A program made the translations under genes and the position numbers. DNA of 64,000 nucleotides from a virus: the IMG/VR virus record IMGVR_UViG_3300045972_000807, positions 1 to 64,000 of that record, one strand, 5' to 3'. The notes beneath the pieces are model-generated. The model had not been told where the DNA came from. It did no database searches and worked only from the letters and a program-made list of their open reading frames with translations. Below are positions 37,815 to 46,281 of this stretch, one piece after another; position 1 is the stretch's first letter, and each line of letters starts with the position of its first letter.

Positions 37815-38027
37815 TTATCTCCCTTTGCTAACTAACTTATCGTAATCGTCCCTACAGTCTGAATCGCAAAACCTAGGATTCATACTGCCCTCCTCGATGG
37901 GCTCTCCGCAAGCCAAACAGTACCCATTGCCTACTACAGGCTTATGCAGGTTAGCTGTTATGGCGTTAAGCGCGTCAGTCATTGAGCGCTCGTAATGGTC
38001 AGTGGCTAAGTCTACAATATCTACCAT
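37815..38027 (-). CDS. TraR/DksA-like C4 zinc-finger protein
   Basis: N-terminal DxxDxA (DIVDLA), CLACGEPI...RFCDSDC; 70 aa; GAGGT RBS. Confidence 0.75.
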   Translation of the reverse strand: MVDIVDLATDHYERSMTDALNAITANLHKPVVGNGYCLACGEPIEEGSMNPRFCDSDCRDDYDKLVSKGR

Positions 38028-38030
38028 GAT

Positions 38031-38528
38031 TCACCTCGCAACCTTGAACAGCTCTGGTTGCCCTTTAGGGGTTATAACCTTGGTACTCTTTTCAGCACAC
38101 ATTCCGTCTTGCATACACTCGATAATGTCTCGAGTTATATGCCTAGCCCTGAGATGCTTCACAAGAATGTGAGTCTCAATAGGCACATCGCCTTGAATTT
38201 CAATCGCCGCTAGCATACGATGCCGGCCTTCATGCCCAGTGATCTTAGCTACGCCTTCAAAATTTCCTTCTTCCCAGGCCTCTGGCACGGTTACATCAAG
38301 GAAAGGAGCACCGATAGTGCCACCCGACTTTATGTGATCCACAATCAGTTGAACCTTGTCTTTTTCCCCGTCCAAAGGAAGGGCTAAGGACAAAAACACT
38401 GAAGGTTTCATCAGTACCTGCAATCCAAAGTAGTCTATATCCGCGTTATACGGAACAGCACCCCAGCCACTTTTGTTGTCGATGGTTACCTTGGCAGTTA
38501 CACGATTTGCAATTTTGGTTATTGGCAT
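38031..38528 (-). CDS. ParB/Srx-like domain protein
   Basis: IGAPFL...ITGHEGRHRMLA; MPITKIANRVTA leader. Confidence 0.6.
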   Translation of the reverse strand: MPITKIANRVTAKVTIDNKSGWGAVPYNADIDYFGLQVLMKPSVFLSLALPLDGEKDKVQLIVDHIKSGGTIGAPFLDVTVPEAWEEGNFEGVAKITGHEGRHRMLAAIEIQGDVPIETHILVKHLRARHITRDIIECMQDGMCAEKSTKVITPKGQPELFKVAR

Positions 38529-38561
38529 AGTTTACGCTCCCGGCAGGGATAGATAGCACTC

Positions 38562-38587
38562 AGGGAGCCTCTAAGTAGAGGCTCCCT
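38562..38587. terminator. intergenic hairpin/terminator
   Basis: AGGGAGCCTCT-AAGT-AGAGGCTCCCT. Confidence 0.6.
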
Positions 38588-38595
38588 TGAACTTC

Positions 38596-39393
38596 TTAGG
38601 ACAGACCCATCTCTTCGATTTGGGTAATAATCTTGTCCACGTACTCTTGCTGAGCCGCGTCGCCGGGGCCGGTACCGTCTTGGTTACCGTAGGCCAGCTT
38701 GTAGTAGTCCTTCATCGTGTTGATGGGTTCATTGAACACGGTGGACTTGACTCCCTTTTTGACCTTCATGTTGTCGTCTTGGTAGGCGGCAATGATGAAG
38801 TCGCTCTTGACAGTTTGCTTGCCAGCGTCAGTGATGACGATAGCGTCGCCGGTAGCGTTGGAGGACAGGCAGAATCCGTAGTCCACGTCTGTAGTCCAGG
38901 GGCCTTGTTTCACGAATGCTACCAGGTCATGGCGTTCCACGGAAGCCATGGACACACGGTTCAAACGGGGGATAGAGCCTGTGGGGCTCACGCGGGATGC
39001 TTGCACCAGGGATTCGAGATCGTCAACGCCGTTACGGGCCAGGTATTTGCCTGAGGCGCCTTCCTTCATTTCCCAGAGGGTCTTGTCATTGTTGTCCAGG
39101 TACATATTGCTGGACAGGACGCGGAAGTCCTTTGCCAGGTCAGCAATGCTTTCCACTGGGCGGGTTTCGCGGGATGCGGCAACGTAGCCAATGATTGTCG
39201 TATCGTTCAATTTGCGGAACGATGCGGCAATGGGCGCGCCGGCGCTTTTGAGAGCAGCCGTGATCGAGGCCAGGATGGACTCGCGCTTGGCGTTGGGTTG
39301 AATGGACGCAGTGACCTTAGCCAGGCTAGGGGTAACCATCTTGTATTCATGGATGGTTGCTGCGCTTACGGTGATGGGAGCTTGGTGTTTCAT
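38596..39393 (-). CDS. probable abundant virion/head protein
   Basis: 265 aa, AAGGA RBS, strongly C-ending codons, own downstream hairpin. Confidence 0.6.
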   Translation of the reverse strand: MKHQAPITVSAATIHEYKMVTPSLAKVTASIQPNAKRESILASITAALKSAGAPIAASFRKLNDTTIIGYVAASRETRPVESIADLAKDFRVLSSNMYLDNNDKTLWEMKEGASGKYLARNGVDDLESLVQASRVSPTGSIPRLNRVSMASVERHDLVAFVKQGPWTTDVDYGFCLSSNATGDAIVITDAGKQTVKSDFIIAAYQDDNMKVKKGVKSTVFNEPINTMKDYYKLAYGNQDGTGPGDAAQQEYVDKIITQIEEMGLS

Positions 39394-39413
39394 TTTGAAA
39401 GTTTCCTTGTGAA

Positions 39414-40217
39414 TTACATTAGACCGTCGTCGTTGATAGAACGATTGTTTACTTCAGTGATCTCGTCGTTAAGATCAACGACTCCATCGTTAATAAGAGC
39501 TTGCTGCTCTGCGTCGTCACCCTCCGTTACCGGAGCTCCATCGTCTATCCCGGTCCTAGTGTTCCGGGGCGTAGAGTCGGAAGTAACCACATTTGCTGTA
39601 GTCATGTCGTCCATGGATGACATAGGCATCAGAAAATCGTCTACTTCCTCGGGATACGGAGCAGGTATGTTAGCTACAGCAGGGGCGGTAGCGATAACCT
39701 GCGCGGGTGGTGGTGCAGAGGCTGCTACAGCCATACCCACAAAAGGATCGGCGTCTGTTCCGATCTGATCGGCCTCAAGGGTAGAGCAAAGCTCAATTAC
39801 CTTTTGAAGGTCGACCACAGGGGCGTCTAGCGCGTCAGCTAACTTGCTAACCTGCTCAACCGTAGGCATCGGAAATACCACCAGGTAAGCCTTCACCAAA
39901 GTCAGGATAGCGTCCTCAATAAAGAGGTCGTTAACTGGCTCAGGGTTTAAGAACTCGTCCCAGTTAACCGTCGAGGCCGTCTTAGGCTTGGCAGGTTCTG
40001 CTGGCTTTGCCGGTTCGGCCGGTTCAGCGGGCTTGGCTGGCTCAACAGGCTTAGAAGGTTTGGCAGGCTCTGCAGGTTTAGCTGGCTTAGTCGGCTCCTC
40101 CGGTTTAGAGGGCTTGGCAGGTTCAGCCGGTTTAGCAGGTTCTGCTGGCTCCTCAGGCTTCTGTTGACCAGAAGGGCCTTCCGCGGCCGTTATAGTTCGT
40201 AACTTAATTATGGGCAT
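39414..40217 (-). CDS. acidic protein with PAE/PAK repeats (MPII leader)
   Basis: GGAG RBS; (PAE/PAK/PSK)n tract. Confidence 0.75.
   Translation of the reverse strand: MPIIKLRTITAAEGPSGQQKPEEPAEPAKPAEPAKPSKPEEPTKPAKPAEPAKPSKPVEPAKPAEPAEPAKPAEPAKPKTASTVNWDEFLNPEPVNDLFIEDAILTLVKAYLVVFPMPTVEQVSKLADALDAPVVDLQKVIELCSTLEADQIGTDADPFVGMAVAASAPPPAQVIATAPAVANIPAPYPEEVDDFLMPMSSMDDMTTANVVTSDSTPRNTRTGIDDGAPVTEGDDAEQQALINDGVVDLNDEITEVNNRSINDDGLM
39984..40160 (-). repeat. 9-nt coding tandem repeat (Pro-Ala-Glu/Lys)
   Basis: KPEEPAEPAKPAEPAKPSKP... tract. Confidence 0.85.
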
Positions 40218-40240
40218 CCTAATTTCTCCATCTTACTGAA

Positions 40241-40250
40241 TATAACATTG
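40241..40250 (-). promoter_or_regulatory. candidate late-promoter variant CAATGTTATA
   Basis: Intergenic, upstream of the 40217 start; resembles the CAATTTTAA sites. Confidence 0.3.
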
Positions 40251-40265
40251 ATCTCGCAGCGTTAT

Positions 40266-40523
40266 TTACCGCATATGCGGATGGCGTCTTGTATGACACG
40301 ACTCGCATAGCGTCATTAAATTTGCGTTGGACGTTAGACCTCCTCGGTTAAGAGACCGTATGTGGTGGGTGTGTAAATGCTGGGTTGAACCGCAGTCCAA
40401 GCATTTGTTACCGTCCCGGTCTTGGATCTCCTTTACCTTCTGGTACCAGTTCTTGCCGTAAGAGTCCCGGCGTATAACCGTTCCTCCTGAGCTGCCTTTT
40501 CTCCTGGAATTTGACAGGGCCAT
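40266..40523 (-). CDS. small HNH endonuclease
   Basis: RDGNKCLDCG...HTHHI...GG...NLMTLCESCH; AGGAG RBS. Confidence 0.9.
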   Translation of the reverse strand: MALSNSRRKGSSGGTVIRRDSYGKNWYQKVKEIQDRDGNKCLDCGSTQHLHTHHIRSLNRGGLTSNANLMTLCESCHTRRHPHMR

Positions 40524-40872
40524 TATCTGCGCTCCTAACTATGAGTGTCTTTGTTATTGGTTCGAGGGTCCACACATAATGCTGATCGCTTAGCACAGCA
40601 CTACCTGCCAACAGAGGGAAATTAGACGCCAATTCAGGAATCATAACTTCCACAACTTCCTTGAAGATTTCTCTGGGTAGTTGGCGTTGCAGGGATATGC
40701 TAGTTGTGCCTTGAAACTGATAGCTTTTCTTCTTACGGGTCACGCGTATCTTAACGTGCGCCAGCAGCCCTGAGTCATCGGCCACTACCCGCAGGACAGA
40801 TAGGTTAAGCCGTTGTGCTAAGGTTTTTAGGATCAATAGCAGGTTTGTCTTGGGTGGGGTAAACCTAGGCAT
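40408..40872 (-). CDS. hypothetical protein (3' end overlaps the HNH gene)
   Basis: ATG overlaps the upstream stop region; fills 40523-40865. Confidence 0.55.
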   Translation of the reverse strand: MPRFTPPKTNLLLILKTLAQRLNLSVLRVVADDSGLLAHVKIRVTRKKKSYQFQGTTSISLQRQLPREIFKEVVEVMIPELASNFPLLAGSAVLSDQHYVWTLEPITKTLIVRSADNGPVKFQEKRQLRRNGYTPGLLRQELVPEGKGDPRPGR

Positions 40873-42118
40873 AGTTGTCACCCAGCCTAGCTTGTATCAG
40901 TAGCACAGTAGACACTGTCTTTTCAAGATCTTTCTTGCCGAACAGGTAAGGCTTTATCTTGTTAGCAATGCCCATTTTTCCTGCATGAGCCAAACCGGTG
41001 TACACCAAAGCCAAGCACAGGTTAAGAGCAGTTACTACGTCAGCGCTGTCCTGTACCAAGTGCCCAAGCCAGCTTATGCCGGTATTTAGTCCCGCCATTC
41101 CCGAGATGCTCAGGATTACGCCAGTGAGACCTTCAGGATCAGCGAACAGGTCAGCAACATCGAAGTGACCTTTGAGGGCCATAACAATGGACGTCATGTT
41201 CAAGTCAGTGTTGGGGTGTCCGGTAAAGGAAGCATTGATCCACAGGTACAGGAGCAGAGCAGCTATAACTACACCGCCTACCTTAGTAAGGATGGGGTGA
41301 GCGTGAAGCACGTCGTCTACCTTGGCTGCACCGGACTTGATCTTGTCCAACCAGCCTTCTTCCTCAAGAGACTTTAGGGTCTCAATTAGCAGTTTAGGTC
41401 CAGCGTGTGCCAGCTTGACAAACGCGTTAACCAGAACCTTGAGGTTGAAGCCTATGCCCTTGAGTAGAGCGAAGATGTCCTTTTGCTTCAAGGCAACGAT
41501 GACATCCTTGATACCAATCTTTAACCCATCGACCAGCTCATGGGTAAGTTCCTTGAGATGGTCCATTAGGGCGCCCAAGGGACCCGGAATACTGAATGCT
41601 GTCTGGACACTTGGGTCCAGCGTATCAATAGTGGAACAGTAGAGCTCGTAGGTTATGTCGTTAGCTGACATAACAGGGTAACGCTTGATACTCTTTGCCA
41701 TACTGCTATGCACAAGGAACTGAGCATTAAGGCCAAGCTCTTTTAGGCACTCGTTAGCGTCAAGGCCCTTGGACTTGGCGTACTTACGAAAGATTTCAAG
41801 AACCTTTTCACAGTCCTCATAGGCCTCAGGAGCATCCTCACGAGTGATATGCTCTTCAGCAATGTAGTTCAACTGCTCAATGGCTTCCTTAGCCTTACGC
41901 TGAACAGCCTCAGGGAGCTTATGGAGTCCAGCACCACCTGTAAGAGGCTTAAGCTCAAAGTCCTTAACTTCCTTTGGGGTGAGTTCATGGTCGTAGGTCA
42001 ACACGCCGTGCCTAACACCATCAATGCCTTGGTTGCTTGGATCGTAATGCACGTAACCTTTAGGTACTGCGCCGAGTCCGGGCGGCCTGTACACTAGGCC
42101 GTATTTGAATTCTGCCAT
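40865..42118 (-). CDS. multidomain protein with N-terminal DarA C-terminal-like domain and hydrophobic C-terminal domain
   Basis: YGLVYRPPGLGAVPKG...RHGVLTYDHELTPKEVKDFELKP matches the DarA_C signature as I recall it; GGAG RBS. Confidence 0.65.
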   Translation of the reverse strand: MAEFKYGLVYRPPGLGAVPKGYVHYDPSNQGIDGVRHGVLTYDHELTPKEVKDFELKPLTGGAGLHKLPEAVQRKAKEAIEQLNYIAEEHITREDAPEAYEDCEKVLEIFRKYAKSKGLDANECLKELGLNAQFLVHSSMAKSIKRYPVMSANDITYELYCSTIDTLDPSVQTAFSIPGPLGALMDHLKELTHELVDGLKIGIKDVIVALKQKDIFALLKGIGFNLKVLVNAFVKLAHAGPKLLIETLKSLEEEGWLDKIKSGAAKVDDVLHAHPILTKVGGVVIAALLLYLWINASFTGHPNTDLNMTSIVMALKGHFDVADLFADPEGLTGVILSISGMAGLNTGISWLGHLVQDSADVVTALNLCLALVYTGLAHAGKMGIANKIKPYLFGKKDLEKTVSTVLLIQARLGDNYA

Positions 42119-42124
42119 TGTTAT

Positions 42125-43618
42125 TTATCTCCGAATTAGTCCGCCGTTACCCCAACCGTACGGGGTAGCTGGAGATATAGAAAGGCCAATAGGTCCTGTT
42201 GAACCGTAGCGCCCAGCACCTGCTAGGGAACCATCACCGCCAGTTAGGCCCTTAATCAGCAGGTTGCGTTTGACTTGCTTAGCGTCAGCGTCCGCAGCAG
42301 TCTTTATATCGTTAGCAAGGCTCTGATAGAACTGCGTACGATCAACTTCCAAGCTGATTGCTTGACCGGAGAAGTTGTAGGCTTTTTCGCCTTCCAATAG
42401 GTACTGTGCTTGTAGCAATTGGACTTCGGTGTACTTCAACCACAACTCCCGGATCATCGCATCCGCGTTTGTCATATTAAAAGTTGTGAACAGGCCGCCA
42501 GCACCGTTGAAAGTGTCTCGCCCACGGGCCAGCATGGTAACGATCACTGGTACAGAGAACAACTCGTCTTGGAAGCCCATGAGCGTTGTCTTAGCCTTGG
42601 AGATCATAGCCTCAACGCTCTTTACTGCCCTAAGGATAGAAGCGTTAACTACAAACAGCTGACCTGTATCGCGGTAGGCAGTACCGATTTGGTTCTTGTA
42701 CTTCCAAGAAATGATGTAGGGGTCCAAAGACGCCGCAACAGAGTTGGTATCAAAGGCAGCTTGGTAGTACCAGCCCGACGACACACGCTTGCTCTGGTTG
42801 ATCTTAATATCTTTAGCCAGGAGTGTATTGCCTACAGAGGCGTAGACATCCGCGGAGACAGAATCCCAAGCGCGATCAAGAACAATGTCGAGATAAGCCA
42901 AATCACCCACCATTTCGACAGTATCCTGCGCACCCAGGCCCACAGTGAAATTTTCGGCGACGCGGAGGTTCTCAAACGCATATTGGTTTACCGTGTTGTT
43001 AAGGTTAAGTTCCCAGCGAAGCTGGTACGTGTCGTTGGACTCAGAAGGCTCAAGCGTAGACGGAGTGTTGACTACCGCGTGGGCTTCCACCGCAACGGAC
43101 GTAGACGAAGTCGAAATCGTAAAGTCGTAGGCATTGCCGGTAGCATAAACCGTACCGCGTTTGTCCAACAAAGACCAGGTAACGTAGCCGCTGGTGACGT
43201 CTGTACCAGCAGGCAAAATAAAGAATGCCTTGCCAATCGCCGCGCCACCAATATCAATGGTGTCCATCAGAGCTTGGAAGGCAAAAGGGTTTGTATCCTG
43301 GAACTTAACAGCTATGTCTTCGCGAACTGAAACGGCTACGGTAAAGTTGTAATGGATGCCGTTGGAGTCGATGATAGCCAAGCCTATGCCGTAGCTGGTG
43401 CCGTCTAGTCCGCCCGTTACCTGCACGTCCACGATAGCCCCGTTGAGGGCCAACACCGAGAACACCAACGGTGGGTTAGTGGTAGGCGCAAGCGTGTAAG
43501 GCGTGGCGCTTGCGACACTGCTATTTGGGCCAAGTAGCGCAGACAGGTCAATCGGAACTGACCTGTCTTGCCATTGGCTCTTAACGATAACAGCTTGGGT
43601 TTGTGGGTTGTCGATCAT
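42125..43618 (-). CDS. putative virion structural protein (head/neck)
   Basis: 497 aa, beta-rich N-terminus, helical C-terminus with Gly-rich tail; structural-block context. Confidence 0.55.
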   Translation of the reverse strand: MIDNPQTQAVIVKSQWQDRSVPIDLSALLGPNSSVASATPYTLAPTTNPPLVFSVLALNGAIVDVQVTGGLDGTSYGIGLAIIDSNGIHYNFTVAVSVREDIAVKFQDTNPFAFQALMDTIDIGGAAIGKAFFILPAGTDVTSGYVTWSLLDKRGTVYATGNAYDFTISTSSTSVAVEAHAVVNTPSTLEPSESNDTYQLRWELNLNNTVNQYAFENLRVAENFTVGLGAQDTVEMVGDLAYLDIVLDRAWDSVSADVYASVGNTLLAKDIKINQSKRVSSGWYYQAAFDTNSVAASLDPYIISWKYKNQIGTAYRDTGQLFVVNASILRAVKSVEAMISKAKTTLMGFQDELFSVPVIVTMLARGRDTFNGAGGLFTTFNMTNADAMIRELWLKYTEVQLLQAQYLLEGEKAYNFSGQAISLEVDRTQFYQSLANDIKTAADADAKQVKRNLLIKGLTGGDGSLAGAGRYGSTGPIGLSISPATPYGWGNGGLIRR

Positions 43619-43821
43619 AGGGTTTTAAGATGCTCTTGCATCTGCTCCAGCGACCACTGAGCGTGGTGCGTGAGGACTCGGCATGTTTCTTTAGCAGTAG
43701 CATCAAGCCCTGAGCCAGAGTTAACTAGAGAGCCTATACGTTTAACGATAAGCTCCAGCTTTTTGGCTTCAGAGAAAATGTCTGAAGCTGAGCTAGCTGT
43801 TTTAAGGTGCTTGATAGGCAT
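43615..43821 (-). CDS. small hypothetical protein (MPIK leader)
   Basis: AGGA RBS; ATGA overlap downstream. Confidence 0.7.
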   Translation of the reverse strand: MPIKHLKTASSASDIFSEAKKLELIVKRIGSLVNSGSGLDATAKETCRVLTHHAQWSLEQMQEHLKTL

Positions 43822-43834
43822 TTTGATTCCTAGA

Positions 43835-44839
43835 TTACAAAGCTGGGCACGAAATTATGGTCTTACGTTTATCAACAAACACCTGTACTAGGGTTTTGTC
43901 GTCGCCGGTAAAGTTAATGTGTCCTTTGAACTGCTTTTGGTCTCGGGTCAAGCCAGAGATCTTAGAGGTAAGCAGTTTAGTCACAGTGTCGGTAGACTCT
44001 CCGCATTCCCAGGCAGTGACCGGATAACCCGGGTTCATTAGCGTCCACGTCTTACTAGTCGCGTAACCTAATTCTTGCATTACCTTTTCAAGCTGTTTGA
44101 AAGTTTTGGAAAGCTTAGGCTTAGCAGCAGTCTCAACCGAAGCCTGGGCAGGTTTGCACTTCTTAGCCAGGTACTGAGCAGTAGGAAGGTCGCAAGTGTA
44201 AACCTTATTGGGGCCGTCCTTCTCTGTAATCAAGCGAATCTTCTTACCGTCAGAAGATTTGCGGACGCCGAACCTGTCCCCAGTCTCCAGGGACACAGTG
44301 CGCTGAGCTTCGTTCATGCCGTCAAAGCCTTTGCCGGTAAACGTGAACCAAGCGTAATCTTCGTTTGGCTTAATTCGAGATTCAATCTCAGCTGAAGAGT
44401 GCACCAGCTTCAGCTGGTTAAGCGTGTACTTTTCAGTCGACCCGTCTGCGCCTTTAGTAACCGCCCAGGGATGACCTGCAGGCTGCTTAGTCGTCTTGGA
44501 AATGTCGGTCATGAAGTCAAGAGCCTCATTCCGAGTCATAGCCTGAGGAGACTTCTGCTGCTTGCTGCCTTCAAAGTAATACACGACGTATTTACCCGGG
44601 ACGCCCGCAGCTAGGATGGGGTCGTTTAACCTGGCCTCGATAAGAAAAGCAGCTGTAAGCACAGTGCCTTCGTCCTTGTCAGAGTCCCACACGCCGTACG
44701 AGCGATCCTTGCCAGGGATCTCAGCAGAGATCGTGTCCTTGCCTTGCTCAATACGACCCTTGAACTGGATCTTTGAAGCTTCGTCCGGGTAGGCCTTCTT
44801 TACAGCAGCTTCCCACTCTTCGTAGTTCTTGATTGGCAT
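43835..44839 (-). CDS. modular hypothetical protein (MPIK leader), possible processed internal head polyprotein
   Basis: Junction motifs VLTAA-FLIEARL, LVHSS-AEIESRI, VETAA. Confidence 0.7.
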   Translation of the reverse strand: MPIKNYEEWEAAVKKAYPDEASKIQFKGRIEQGKDTISAEIPGKDRSYGVWDSDKDEGTVLTAAFLIEARLNDPILAAGVPGKYVVYYFEGSKQQKSPQAMTRNEALDFMTDISKTTKQPAGHPWAVTKGADGSTEKYTLNQLKLVHSSAEIESRIKPNEDYAWFTFTGKGFDGMNEAQRTVSLETGDRFGVRKSSDGKKIRLITEKDGPNKVYTCDLPTAQYLAKKCKPAQASVETAAKPKLSKTFKQLEKVMQELGYATSKTWTLMNPGYPVTAWECGESTDTVTKLLTSKISGLTRDQKQFKGHINFTGDDKTLVQVFVDKRKTIISCPAL

Positions 44840-45334
44840 TTACTTCACCTTGTTCTGTTGAACAGCAGCGTAGAGAGCCTTCATGGATTGGAAGAAGTTC
44901 TCAGCGAACTCAGCTTGGTCTCGCAGAGCTTCTTCCACATAGGCCCGATGTTTGTCCAAGCCGTTGGACCATTTCTCGAATTCCTTAACGGTCTTGGCTT
45001 TCTTGATATTGGAGAAGTCAGGCGCAGCGGGGCCGTCAGCCAGATATTCCATACGTGGGTCAAACGTATCGTGACCCAGGCTATCGAAGTCCACACGGTT
45101 ACCGTTAAGGTTTAAGGCAAATGCCTCTTCCTCGCCGCTGACAGGGTTCTTAAAAGAGAACACCAGGTTTTCACCTGTGCCGTCTACAGCGTTTTTGTCC
45201 ACCTTGAGCTTGATACCGTTGTCAGCAAAGATGCCCACAACAAACTTGCCGGCGTCTTGTGCGTTCATGTCGGCCACGACAGGATTTAAGCTACGAGCCG
45301 CAATTTCCTTCAAGGCGATGTTCTTGATTGTCAT
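44840..45334 (-). CDS. hypothetical protein (MTIK/IAAR leader)
   Basis: AAGGAG RBS; zero-gap operon. Confidence 0.75.
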   Translation of the reverse strand: MTIKNIALKEIAARSLNPVVADMNAQDAGKFVVGIFADNGIKLKVDKNAVDGTGENLVFSFKNPVSGEEEAFALNLNGNRVDFDSLGHDTFDPRMEYLADGPAAPDFSNIKKAKTVKEFEKWSNGLDKHRAYVEEALRDQAEFAENFFQSMKALYAAVQQNKVK

Positions 45335-45718
45335 TTACTTGACTCCTTGGTTGTTCATAACGATACGGCCCCGGTAAAGAACTTTTCCAGGTTGCCTGGA
45401 CGATACCGGAGAATTGAATTCGGTGTAAGGCTCTTTGCCTTTGTTGGGGAGCTTCAGTGCTTCCCTAATAGAGTTTTCACCCTGGCTATAAAAGTCTTTG
45501 GAGAGCACTCGGTCAGCCGTAATCTCCACGATGTAAACAAACTTCTTTGTCCGTACATTTTCAGGATAGACAGCGAAGGTACCACCCAGGGCCTTAACGA
45601 TCTTAGCTAGTGCCTTCTCTATGGGCACTACTAGGGCGATAGTTGCCTCTTGATCTGCGGGAGTAACTACCGGAGCCGACAGGACTACCCGTTTGGCGAT
45701 TTGTTCTATTGCGGACAT
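45335..45718 (-). CDS. hypothetical protein (IAKR leader)
   Basis: AAGGA RBS; zero-gap operon. Confidence 0.75.
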   Translation of the reverse strand: MSAIEQIAKRVVLSAPVVTPADQEATIALVVPIEKALAKIVKALGGTFAVYPENVRTKKFVYIVEITADRVLSKDFYSQGENSIREALKLPNKGKEPYTEFNSPVSSRQPGKVLYRGRIVMNNQGVK

Positions 45719-45985
45719 TTAGTCTTCCTTGTTAAGTAAACGGGCTGCTATTTCTCTTAGTTTAGCGCTTGCACTAGCCTTGTACAGCGCCCCAGCACCT
45801 GATTGCCTAACTGCCTTGTAGCCTAACTGCCTTAAAGTGTCCACAGCATCTGCTAAGGTAGCCGTATAGAACAGGTTACCTCCGTCCGTGATGGTAACCC
45901 ACGGTGCCGTGGCGTTAGACCTATGCTCTACTGCAGGGAGAAGTGAGCAGGCATCGTAGCCTGCTGGGACTTTAGGAAGAGACAC
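45719..45985 (-). CDS. hypothetical protein
   Basis: GTG start; C-terminal EIAARLL. Confidence 0.65.
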   Translation of the reverse strand: MSLPKVPAGYDACSLLPAVEHRSNATAPWVTITDGGNLFYTATLADAVDTLRQLGYKAVRQSGAGALYKASASAKLREIAARLLNKED

Positions 45986-46000
45986 AGTATTAGTCCCGTA

Positions 46001-46276
46001 TTACAGGTATTCAGAAGCTAAAGCCTGCAGCTCAGCTTTAGACAGAGTAAAGTCTTTTCGCGAGCCTTTTTGTACAGCTGATAACTGTATGCTGTTACCC
46101 ACTTTTTTAGCAAGCCCCTTATTGAGTGCCACTTTACCTGGCTCCTCAAAGGTGTCTCCTAGAGAGAATTTTTCAAGAGAAACACCCTTGGGTGCTTGTA
46201 GCTTTGTACTCGTCCAGTTCGTAGAAGTTACTAGACGAGAAGAGATAGCACTAATGGTCGTTTTATTGAAAGTCAT
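46001..46276 (-). CDS. hypothetical protein (ISSRL leader)
   Basis: AAGGA RBS. Confidence 0.7.
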   Translation of the reverse strand: MTFNKTTISAISSRLVTSTNWTSTKLQAPKGVSLEKFSLGDTFEEPGKVALNKGLAKKVGNSIQLSAVQKGSRKDFTLSKAELQALASEYL

Positions 46277-46281
46277 TTTGG

